A stretch of 64,000 nucleotides of DNA from Scyliorhinus canicula. Lineage: Eukaryota. This document shows positions 49,825-60,400 of the stretch, piece after piece. The position numbers and the translations under genes were made by a program. Within the stretch, counting starts at the first letter, position 1; the number at the start of each line of letters is the position of its first letter. The notes under the pieces were generated by a model that worked only from the letters and a program-made list of their open reading frames with translations, ran no database searches and had not been told where the DNA came from. Location of the stretch: NCBI RefSeq assembly GCF_902713615.1, contig NW_024055462.1:562132-626131 (forward strand). Direction: 5' to 3'.

Positions 49825-50645
49825 TTGTTGGGGAAGTGTGGGTACAGTGAATTAAATAATGCCGCTCCACTCATTGTTGGAAGAGGGTGCACAGTGGATT
49901 AACTAATCCCCTCTCCCTCTCACTGTTGGAAGTGGGTGTACAGTGGATTATCTAATGCTCCTCCCCCTCTCTTTGCTGTGTTAACTAATGCACCTCCCCC
50001 TCCCTTTGCTGGGGAAATTGAGGTACAGTGTGTTAACTAATGCCCCTACCCCTCTCTTTGCCTGGGTAGTGGGGGTACACTGTGTTAACTAATGTCCCTA
50101 CCCCTCTCTTTGCCTGGGAAGTGGGGGTACAGTGCATTAAGTAATGCCAATCTTCCTCTCTTTGCTGTGGAATTGGGTTACAGGGAATTAACTAATGCCC
50201 CTCCCTATCTTTGTTGTGGAAGTGGGCGTACAGTGGATTAACTAATACCCCTCCGCCTCCCTCTGGTGAGGAAGTGGGGGTACAGTGGATTAACTAATGC
50301 CCCTCCCCCTCCCTCTGTTGAGGAAGTGGGGGTACAGTGGATTAACTAATGCCCCTCCCCCTCTTTGTTGGGGAAGTGGGGGTACAGTGGATTAACTAAT
50401 GCCCCTCCCCATCTCTGTTGGTGAGGTGGGTTACAGTGGATTAACTAAAGCCCCTCCCCCTCTCTCTGTTGGGAAAGTGCGGGTACAGTGGATTAACTAA
50501 AGCCCCTCCCCCTCTCCCTTTTGGGGAAGTTGGGGTACAGTGGATTAACTAATGCCCCTCCCCCTCTCTGTTGGGGAAGTGGGGGTGACGTGGATTAACT
50601 AATCCCCCATCTCTCTGTTGGGGAAGTGTGGATACAGTGGATTAA
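49825..50645. repeat. Minisatellite, ~51-54 bp unit x ~16 (GGGGAAGTGGGGGTACAGTGGATTAACTAATGCCCCTCCCCCTCTCTGTT), in the CH4-TM1 intron
   Basis: Direct reading. Confidence 0.9.
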
Positions 50646-51072
50646 CAATTTCACTTTGCCCTCTCTTTGACTGGGGATTGTTGGTCCATGTTTCTGTGTG
50701 ACCCGCAATTCAGTTCCCAGTGGGTGTGATGCAGCAACTTAAAGCTGACATTAATTTTAAAGGGATGGACAATGAGAGAAGCAGGAACACCGAGATCTAA
50801 AGGTGATGGGTTTGTTTGTCTGAAATGGGAAATTGTCCAATTTCTCCTCAGCGGGAGGAAAGTCAATGAAGATATTTTGCTGAATCCTGGAATGAATGAG
50901 TTTTACTCTGTCTCTAACCCAGGGTGTATCTGAGCTGGGAGCTCTGGTTGTATCAGACTTGGGGCCGAGACCTGTAGAAATACGGGTCTCATTGAACAGA
51001 TCTAATATCAGCAAAGTGGAAGCACCATTAATTAAACGGCTGTATATTTAAATCACAATTGGAGGAAAAACC

Positions 51073-51078
51073 TTTATT
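51073..51078 (-). terminator. Polyadenylation signal for secreted IgM
   Basis: AATAAA 37 nt after the secretory stop codon. Confidence 0.75.
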
Positions 51079-51114
51079 ATTTTTATTTCAGTTCGAAATG
51101 CAATTGATAGATTC

Positions 51115-51506
51115 TCATTGACATGAATTAACGGTGTCCATCAGAGCGAGGGAAATGTTCACAAAACTGGGTTTACCGCTGGATTTATCAACCGTTCTGT
51201 TGATGATCTTCAAGGGGATGGCTTCATGTCCCACCACACAGGAGTAAGAAGCGCCGCTGGCCCACTCCTCCGCTGCAATGGATAACAGGCTGTACATGAA
51301 GAAGGAGCTATTGCCGTTCTCCGCCATCACCTCGGTGTTCTTGTAGTTCCCGGGATTCACCGGCTTGTCATTGACGGTCCACTTGACGAAGATTTCTCGG
51401 GGGGAGAAACCTCTCACTAAGCAGCTGAGGGAGACGAATCTCTGAGCGGAGACGTCTTCAGCCGAGGGCAGGAGGACAGAGACGGACGGTTCCCGCGGGT
51501 TGGGAT
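51115..51506 (-). CDS. IGHM: IgM heavy chain CH4 + secretory tailpiece exon
   Basis: [78 protein letters not shown]; N-glycan sequon and penultimate Cys; acceptor TTCTGCAG|A; internal donor AGCG|GTAAAC at 51177. Confidence 0.95.
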
Positions 51507-51829
51507 CTGCAGAAAATGTACAATAAATGTCAATAAAATGGGGAATTCCGGAGACAATGGAACCGCGGGTTAGATGTGAGAGAAATGTGTTTTGTGTTGG
51601 ATTTTAAAGGTTTCCATTTTCCACTTTGGGATCTGTCCGGGTTCCCAGCTCTGAGCAGAGGTGGACACAATCCTTTTCCCTGAGAATTTACGGATATTGG
51701 ATTTGAAAGTTTCAGAAAGTGTACAGCAGGGAAACAGGCCATTCGGCCCAACTGTTCTGTGCTGGTGTATAAACTCCACACCAGGCTCCTCCCACCTTAC
51801 CCCAAGAGGATTAGAAAACTGCCAATGTA

Positions 51830-52990
51830 ACACCCTTATACAAAAGTGAGGGAGTCAAAAACAGGTATCTATAGGCCAGTGACCTTAGTAGCTGAGCATT
51901 TAAGCATACAGGATATGGGACTGCACGGCTTCGTGAAGGGTAATTCATTCCTGACAAATTTATTGCAATTGTTTGAGGTGATAACGAGAAGGCTAGAGAG
52001 AGGGGAGGGGAGGGGGGGGGGGGCAATATTTGTAATATACATGAATTTCAAAACTGTTTAATGAATGAGTGACTATGCCTATGGCTGCAGTTACAAAAAA
52101 TAGAAAGGCAATTGGTGAGGATTACAGAAAATCCACAGAGGGACAGAGACAGCTTAAGTTACTGAGTAAAAACTTGGCAGATAGAATATGAAGTAGGAAA
52201 ATGTGAGGTTAGACACTTTGGGAGGAGGAGGAACATAACGGAATATTATTTAGATGGAGAAAGACTGAAGAAAGCTGAAGTAATGGGGGAATTGGGGGTC
52301 CTCGCGCAGAAACCACAAAAAGCAAGTTCTGCAGGTAATATGGAGACAAATTGAATGTTGACATTTATTTCAAAGGGAATAGAATATAAACATGGGGAAG
52401 TTATGCTCAAACTGCACAAGGCACCAATTAACTACGACCTGATATACTTTGAATAGTTTTGTTGCCCTTATCTAAGGAAGACAGATTGGTTTTGAAGCCA
52501 GTCCAGAGAAGGATCACGAGGTTCAACCCGACTATGGAGGGATTTTCTTTTGGGGAGAGATTAAGTAGGATGGGCTGTACTTATTGAAGTTTAGAGGAAT
52601 AAAGGCGACCTAATTGAGACATGAAAGATTCTCAGGGAGCTTCTTAGGATAGACCCTGATGGTTTTTTTTCCCCCTGTGGGAGCGTCTAGGAGCAGCGTG
52701 CATGGTCGCAAAGTGAGGGTTCGCCCATTTCAGACAGAGATGAGCAGGAATTTCCTCTCTCAGAGGGCAGTGAAGCTGTGGAATTATTTATCGCAGTGGG
52801 CTGTAGATTCTGGGTCGGTCAGTATGTTCAAGGTTGAGGGAGACATATTTTAAATCAGGAAAGGCGTCAAGGGATATGGGGATAAGGTGGGAAAGAGGAG
52901 TTGAAGATTATCACAGCAGATCAGTCATGACCTCACTGAAGGCTGGGCCGGTGTTGATGGGCCCAATGGCCTCCATCTGCTCCTAAGTCT
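51830..52990 (+). mobile_element. Degenerate CR1 LINE fragments in the CH3-CH4 intron
   Basis: IYRPVTL, HGFVKGNSFLTNLL in ORF 51846-52061; CR1-like tail to ~52990. Confidence 0.75.
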
Positions 52991-53218
52991 TGTGGTCTAA
53001 TGTCTCGCTCCATCTAAACCCAAAATCACTGTTTTCAATTAATTCTTCATTCATCTGCATATCAATTTCCCCTTAAACTCTAAACGCCCAGAGTATTTAG
53101 TTAGTGGAATTACCAATCAGAATGGACCATAAATACACTGAATGCTAAATACTGACCGCTGCACTGACACTAGAAATAGACACAATGATTCACTTATTGC
53201 TTCAGTCTCACCGCTCAC

Positions 53219-53527
53219 CTATTTTTTTGTGAATTGAAATTCTTAAAGGAGTTGGCAGGTCCTGATGGCTCGCCACACAGTCAAACACAGCCCCACTCAG
53301 CCAGGCTTGTGTCGAGATGTTTAATTTGCTGACCACACTCTCAGTATCTGCCCCAGGCTGGTCGGCGATCTCTGATTTAAGCGGCTTCTTCGCTTCACTC
53401 CAGGACACGTTGACTCCATAAGGAGCATTCGAAATGACGCAGGTTAAGGTTACAGTCGCCTCCAGTAAGACCTGTTCTATTGGTGGTGGCAGTAATGTTA
53501 CTGAGGCAACAGTGCAACCGGAAGGAT
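53219..53527 (-). CDS. IGHM: IgM heavy chain CH3 exon (103 codons)
   Basis: [54 protein letters not shown]; CACAG|A acceptor, G|GTGAGC donor. Confidence 0.95.
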
Positions 53528-53699
53528 CTGTGATTGAAAACATGAAAATTAACCCAAGTTTCAGCTTCACAATCAGGACAGCAGGATTCAGCCTTCACTC
53601 TCTAAATGGGAATAAAGCAACTTCAAAATACCAACCTCTGAAGACCGCCTTTAATCTTCGATATACAAAAGAAAACCAGCGAGTTCTGTGAAATCTATT

Positions 53700-54003
53700 A
53701 TAGAATAATAGATCACTACAGTGCAGAAGAGGACCATTCGGCCCATGGAGCCTGCACCGACCCGCGAAAGAGCACTCCCCCACCCTATCCCTGTAGCCTC
53801 ACAACCCCGCCTAATCTTTGGACATTCAGCGACAATGTAGGATGACCAATTCACCTAACCTGCACGTATTTGCCTGTGGGAAGAAACCAAAGCACCTGGA
53901 GGAAACCCGTGCAGAGACGGCGAGAAGGTGTAAACTCCACACAGTCACCTGGCGTCAGTATCGAACCGGGTCCCAGGCACTGTGAGGCATCACTGCTAAC
54001 CGC
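53700..54003 (-). mobile_element. SINE family A in the CH2-CH3 intron
   Basis: Diverged reverse-complement copy. Confidence 0.8.
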
Positions 54004-54464
54004 TACTGTGAAAGTCGTTTAGCCCCGGTATCATTTTAATGAATCAGCATTGCAGCATTCCCAATGCGATATATAATTCCTGATCTCTGGGACACAGTCT
54101 TGAACGCTAATTTTTAAATAGGTTGGATGAATTTTTTAACACTTTCCCCCGGAGCTGTTATCAATAAAGGGTTCAACACACCCACTGCCTCTGAAATATA
54201 ATCAGCTGTTTCGGGATAAAACTGATATCAAGTCCACCTCACTCACTAAATGATTTCAAAGTAGTGGAAACATTCTTTGCTGTTCTGATCAAATCCTGAA
54301 TGGTGAGCAGCCCTAATGCAGCTCTGACATCAGAATGAAACACAAACTACATGGCAGTAAATTAGAAGTTACTCTGTGCTTTGTACTAACTTTAGTAAAT
54401 TTCTGATTTTGATTAACATCAGAGTGCAGGATGATTTATTGTTTCCTCTGTTTGTGTCTCTTAC

Positions 54465-54776
54465 CAGACGCGGTGACGTTGTGACTTTGGGTGACCTCTT
54501 GATGAGTGACCTGGCAGGAATAGATCGCTTTGCTGAACCATTCCCCAGCTGAAACTGTCAGCCGACTGCTCGCCGAGAAGTTCCCGTTCACTTCACAGGC
54601 GGGAGAGGTGACAATTCCTGAACCCATGGGTTGTCCATTCTTCAGCCACTTCACGTTAATTGAGTTTGGACGGAAATCGTTGATTGAACAGACGATGGTT
54701 GCAAATTTCTGTCTTGAGATTTCTTCATTGGAACTCACGGTGAGGAGAACATTTGGATGGATGCCAGTTCCACCAC
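54465..54776 (-). CDS. IGHM: IgM heavy chain CH2 exon (104 codons)
   Basis: [51 protein letters not shown]; TTTGAAG|G acceptor, G|GTAAGA donor. Confidence 0.95.
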
Positions 54777-54979
54777 CTTCAAAACACAAGTTAACATTTC
54801 TTGCAGAAGATCTTGTAACAATTAAAATGATTTATTATGTTTTAACTGTTTATCTGCAGTCAATATTTTTCGCCAAGAATCAGAACTATGCAGAGTACCA
54901 TAAATGTATCATAAATAACCAAAGTTGTAAATAAAATAATCAAAGCGGTTCTGTTTGTCACAGGTTCCACAATACTTAC

Positions 54980-55279
54980 ATGGTATTTCAATACTCTTGG
55001 CTGAGCCGCTGTGTCGAACCTCACAGCTGATTTTGCTGCATCCCCCCTCTGACTCGGTGATGGTTAACTGGCTGCTCAGGGTGTAGGTTCCCTTCTTGTT
55101 TCTCACTGACGGATATTTCTTAACTCCGTTGGTGATCAGCTGCCCATCTTTCTTCCAGGTAAGGCTGGTGATTTCTGGGGAGTAGTCCATCGCCAAACAG
55201 CCAACGGTTACGGAGCCGTCGGTGTTGTGTTGCTGGCAGGAGGAGACCAGGCTGTAGAGAGTGGGCGGAGACGGTGTCG
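54980..55279 (-). CDS. IGHM: IgM heavy chain CH1 exon (100 codons)
   Basis: [51 protein letters not shown]; TTCTCTCCCAG|C acceptor, T|GTAAGT donor; all four CH exons join in phase 1 without stops. Confidence 0.95.
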
Positions 55280-55599
55280 CTGGGAGAGAATGGCCGATCC
55301 AACATGTTAGACTCTGGTATTCGTGATTTATAAGTAACCAAGCATTTCATAATTTGACTCGTACTATCCTAACATTTACCGATTTAATCATACATCCACA
55401 TTGAATCTTCAATCAGTTCTATCGTTGGGATTCACCTACTTTTTGCCCCCTCTTTAGAAACCCACATTTCTTTCTCCATCTCTATCGAAAGAAACACATT
55501 TTGATGTAATCTGAATGGTGTAACTTTCATTGGGTTGAAAGAGAGGAGCAGAGCGTTTTCCCCATTATTTCAGCCACCATGTAATATAAAATGTGAATG

Positions 55600-55795
55600 A
55601 GGCCATAGTCCCGGAGACTGCCCTCTCCTTCTGAGAGCTGACTGATGGTGATTTAACGTGAGGGTCACTACACCTCAGGCTAGGGGCAAGGTTGAGAATG
55701 GGGGTTTTTATGAATAACCTCAGCCGGGGCAGCAATTGGACCCGCGCTGTTCGGATCGCTCCTCATTACGAACCAGCTGCCCAGCTGACTGAGCT
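55600..55795 (-). mobile_element. SINE family B whose 5' head seeds the adjacent 29-bp array
   Basis: Homologous to 39558-39779; minus strand begins AGCTCAGTCAGCTGG, B-box degenerate (GGTCCAATTGC). Confidence 0.75.
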
Positions 55796-56302
55796 GTATA
55801 CGTCACAATCCAGCTGACTGAGCTGTGTACGTCACAAACCAGCTGACTGAGCTGTGTACGTCACAATCCAGCGAACTGAGCTGTGTACGTCAGAATCCAG
55901 CTAACTGAGCTGTGTACGTCACAATCCAGCTAACTCAGCTGTGTACGTCACAATCCAGCAAACTCAGGTGTGTACGTCACAATCCAGCCAACTGAGCTGT
56001 GTACGTCACAATCCAGCTAACTGAGCTGTGCACGTCATAATTCAGCTAACTGAGCTGTGTACGTCACAATCCAGCTAACTGAGCTGTGTACGTCACAATC
56101 CAGCTAACTGAGCTGTGTACGTCACAATCCAGCTAACTGAGCTGTGTACGTCACAATCCAGCTAACTGAGCTGTGTACGTCACAATCCAGCTAACTGGGC
56201 TGTGTACGTCACAATCCAGCTACCTGAGCTGTGTACGTCACAATCCAGCTAACTGAGCTGAGTACGTCACAATCCAGCTAACTGACCTGTGTACGTCACA
56301 AT
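55781..56302. repeat. Tandem array, 29-bp unit x 18 (CCAGCTAACTGAGCTGTGTACGTCACAAT)
   Basis: Units start at 55781, 55810, 55839 ... 56274. Confidence 0.97.
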
Positions 56303-56467
56303 CAACAGCACTTTGTGATAAAGAAGTTGTCTCTTCATTTGTATCTTTGCAGTTTTGGGAAATTCCCTTTGTTCAAACTGACTGATGCCCCCTCCTCTCT
56401 CCACCTCACTACCCCCACTCCCCAAACCAGAGAATAGTGACTTTGCTTGAAAAATACCATAGACAGC

Positions 56468-56660
56468 GGGGCAGCACGGTAGCATGGTGGTTAGCATAAA
56501 TGCTTCACAGCTCCAGGGTCCCAGGTTCGATTCCCGGCTGGGTCACTGTCTGTGTGGAGTCTGCACGTCCTCCCCGTGTGTGCGTGGGTTTCCTCCGGGT
56601 GCTCCGGTTTCCTCCCCCAGTCCAAAGATGTGTGGGTTAGGTGGATTGGCCATGCTAAAA
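56468..56660 (+). mobile_element. Young SINE family A, 3'-truncated by a CR1-like fragment
   Basis: Near-identical to 10576-10760. Confidence 0.85.
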
Positions 56661-56949
56661 TTGAACATGAACAGCGGGAGTCGGCCATTCTACCCGTCGA
56701 GCCTACTCCCCCATTCAATAAGATCCTGATTGTGCTGCTAACTCCACACTCCGCCTGTCTTTGCATTCCCTCGACTTTGCATTTTTTTCCGGCTCATTGT
56801 GTTTTCCCATGTGCGCTGCACTTTTCCCAGTTCTTTGGGCTTTTCCCCGTTCCTGACACATTCCGCGGGCCCTTTGAGCCCTTCGCTAGCACTGTGCGCT
56901 TTACCCCGATTCTTATCGCTTATCGCCCACTCCATGGACTTTCTTCCTG

Positions 56950-57405
56950 TTCTCTGCGCCTTCCCCCGGCTCTCTACACTTCTCCCGGCTCTGCACCGTT
57001 CCCGGCTCCCTGCACTTCCCCCGGCTCCCTGCTCATTCTCCAGGTTCTCTGCACTTCCCCTAGCTCTCTGCCCCTTCCCCCGGCTCTCTGCGCCTTCCCC
57101 CGGCTCTCTGCACCATCCCCCGGCTCTCTGCACTTTCCTCCGGCTCTCTGCCCCTTCCCCCGGCTCTCTGTGCCTTCTCCTGGCTCTCTGCGCTTTCCCC
57201 CGGCTCTCTGCCCTTCCCCCGGCTCTCTACACTTTCCTCCACCTGTCTACACTATCCTCCGGCTCTCTGCCCTTTCCCCCGGCTCTCTACACTTTCCTCC
57301 GGCTCTCTGCACTTCCCCCCGACTCTCTGCCCCTTCCCCCGGCTCTCTGCACTTTCCTCCGGCTCTCTGCCCCTTCCCCCGGCTCTCTGCACTTTCCTCC
57401 GGCTC
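56950..57405. repeat. ~20-bp pyrimidine-rich array (TTCCCCCGGCTCTCTGCVCY)n; G-clustered on the minus strand
   Basis: Direct reading, ~20 copies. Confidence 0.9.
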
Positions 57406-57479
57406 CCGGCAATCCCGTGTCATGCAGCCACATTCGAGCGCCACTTGTCTTCAGTTCTCGCTCCTGAGCATGCGTGAGA

Positions 57480-60400
57480 AAGGATGAGTGAGTAACCGAG
57501 TGAGGGTAGGGGAATGAGTGTGGGTGAGTGAGTTGGGTGATTGAGGATGTATGAATGTTGATAAGTGAGAGATCAGGGGTGAGTGACTGAGTGAGGGTAA
57601 ATGGGCGAGGCTGTGGCACCGAGGCCGAATGAGTCAGGGTGGGTGAGGGAGAGTGAGTGAGACGCAGAGAATGAGCGAAGCTGGGTGAGTGAGGTTGTGT
57701 AGTGAGAGTCAGTGACGGTCAGTGAGGATGGGCGGGTGCGTCAGGGTGTGTGAGTGGCGGAGAATGAGTGTGGGTGGGTGAGCGAGGGTATATGTGTGAT
57801 GGTGGTTGAGTGAGTGAGGGTGAGTGAGGGGATGGATGTGGGTGGATGAGGGTGTGTGAGTGAATGAGTTTGGGTGTGTGAGTGAGGGTGAATTAGGGTG
57901 CGTGAATGAGTGAATGTGGGTGAGTAAGAGTGAGTGAGGGTGAGGGAGTAAATGAGAGTGAGTGGTAGTGGGTGACAGAGGGTGGGTGCGTCTGGTGAGG
58001 GTGGCTGAATAAGGGTGTATGAGGGAATGTGGATGAGTGAGGGTGTGTGAGTGAGGATCTGTGAGTGAAGGCGTGTGAAAGAGGGTGGGTGCCAGTCTTT
58101 GTAAGTGAGGGTTAATAGGTGAGGCTGGGTGAGTGAGGGAGGATTAGAGTGCGATGGTGGGTGGGAGGGTGAGGGAGTGAGTGTGGCCGAATTAGGGTGG
58201 GTGATGGTATTTGAGTGAGGGGGAGCAAGAATGTGTAAGTGAGGGTGGGTTACTGAATGAGGGTATGTGGGAATGAGTGAGGGTGGGTGAGTGAATAGGG
58301 GTAGGTGAGCGAGTGGGAGTGGGTGAGGGTGTGTGATTGAGGGTTACGAGTTAGGTTGGGCATGTAAGAACGAGTCAATGAGGGTGAGTGAGTGATGTTG
58401 AATGCGGATGGGTGAGTGTGTGTGAGTGAGGGTAGGAGAGTGAGGGTGTGTGTGTGAGGCTGTGTGAGTAAGAGTGTGTCAGGGTGGGTGAGTGTGTGTG
58501 TGTCAGGGTGGGTGAGTGAGTGTGTGTCAAGGAGGGTGGGTGAGTGAGTGTGTGTCAGGGAGCATGGGTGACTGAGAGTGTTTCAGGGAGGGTGGGTCAG
58601 TGAAGGTGTGTCAGGGAGGGTGGCTGGGTGAAAGTGTGTCAGGGAGGGTGTGTGAGTGAGAGTAGGTGAGTGAGGGTGGGTGAGTGACAGTGTGTCAGGG
58701 TGGGTGTGTGAGTGAGGGTGGGAGAGTGAGGGTGGGTGAGTGACAGTGTGTCAGGGAGGGTGCGTGAGTGAGAGTGTGTTAGGGTGGGTGGGTGAGTGAG
58801 GGTGGGTGAGTGAGGGTGGGTGAGTGAGGGTAGGTGAGTGACAGTGTGTCAGGGAGGGTGTGTGAGTGAGGGTGGGTGAGTGAGGGTGGGTGAGTGAGAG
58901 TGTGTCAGGGAGGGTGCGTGAGTGAGAGTGTGTTAGGGTGGGTGGGTCAGTGAGGGTGGGTGAGTGAGGGTGGGTGAGTGAGTAAGTGTCAGGGAGGATG
59001 GGTGAGGGAGAGTGTGTCAGGGAGGGTGGGTGAGTGAGAGTGTGTCAGGGAGGGTGGGTCAGTGAGAGTGTGTCAGGGAGGGTGGGTGAGTGTGTGTGTG
59101 TCAGGGAGGGTGGATGAATGAGAGTGTGTCAGGGAGGGTAGGTGAGTGAGAGTGTGTCAGGGAGGATGGATGAATGAGAGTGTGTCAGGGAGGGTGTGTG
59201 AGGGTGTGTGAGTGAGAGTGTGTCAGGGAGGGTGGATGAGTGAGAGTGTGTCAGGGTGGGTGGGTCAGTGAGGGTGGGTGAGTGAGGGTGGGTGAGTGAG
59301 TGAGTGTCAGGGAGGATGGGTGAGTGAGGGTGGGTGAGTGAGAGTGTGTCAGGGAGGATGGGTGAGTGAGAGCGTGTCAGGGAGGGTGGATGAATGAGAG
59401 TGTGTCAGGGAGGGTGGATGAATGAGAGTGTGTCAGGGAGGGTGGATGAATGAGAGTGTGTCAGGGAGGGTGGATGAATGAGAGTGTGGCAGGGAGGGTG
59501 TGTGAGGGTGTGTGAGTGAGAGTGTGTCAGGGTGGGTGGGTCAGTGAGGGTGGGTGAGTGAGGGTGGGTGAGTGAGAGCGTGTCAGGGAGGGTGGGTGAG
59601 TGAGGGTGGGTGAGTGAGAGTGTGTCAGTGAGGGTGGATGAATGAGAGTGTGTCAGCGAGTGTGGGTGAGTGAGAGTGTGTCAGTGAGGGTGGGTGTGTG
59701 AGATTGTGTCAGGAGGGTGGGTGAGTGAGAGTGTGTCAGTGATGGTGGGGGTGCGTGTGTGTGTCAGGGAGGGTGTGTGAGTGAGAGTGTGTCAGGGAGG
59801 GTGTGTGAGTGAGAGTGTGTCAGGGAGGATTGGTGAGTGCGCGTGAGTCAGGGAGGGTGGGTGAGTGAGAGTGTGTCGGAGGGTGTGTGAGTGAGAGTGT
59901 GTTAGGGTGGGTGGGTCAGTGAGGGTGGGTGAGTGAGGGCAGGTGAGTGAGAGTGTGTCAGGGAGGATGGGTGAGTGCGAGTGTGTCAGGGAGGGAGGGT
60001 GAGTGAGAGTGTGTCAGGGAGGGTGGGTGAGTGAGAGTGTGTCAGTGAGGGTGGGTGAGTGAGATGGTGTCTGGGAGGGTGGGTGAGTGTGAGTATGTCA
60101 AGGAGGATGGGTGAGTGAGAGTGTGTCAGGGTGGGTGGGTCAGTGAGGGTGGGTGAGTGAGGGTGGGTGAGTGAGAGTGTGTCAGGGTGGGTGGGTGAGT
60201 GAGAGTGTGTCAGTGAGGGTGGGTGTGTGAGAGTGTGTCAGGAGGGTGGGTGAGTGAGAGTGTGTCAGGGACGTAGGGTGAGTGAGAATGTGTCAGTGAT
60301 GGTGGGGGTGCGTGTGTGTGTCAGGGAGGGTGTGTGAGTGAGAGTGTGTCAGGGAGGGTGTGTGAGTGAGAGTGTGTCAGGGAGGATTGGTGAGTGCGCG

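Noticed and set aside
49580-51014. ORFs 49580-49870 and 50757-51014 as extra Ig domains or alternative TM exons
   Set aside because: No Cys-Trp-Cys Ig pattern and no hydrophobic TM helix.
55781-56302. 29-bp array (and the 63-, 65- and 35-bp arrays) as CRISPR arrays
   Set aside because: Units are head-to-tail with no unique spacers, and the context is vertebrate.
56552-57487. 311-aa and 222-aa Pro/Leu-rich ORFs
   Set aside because: Products of a SINE plus the 20-bp array.
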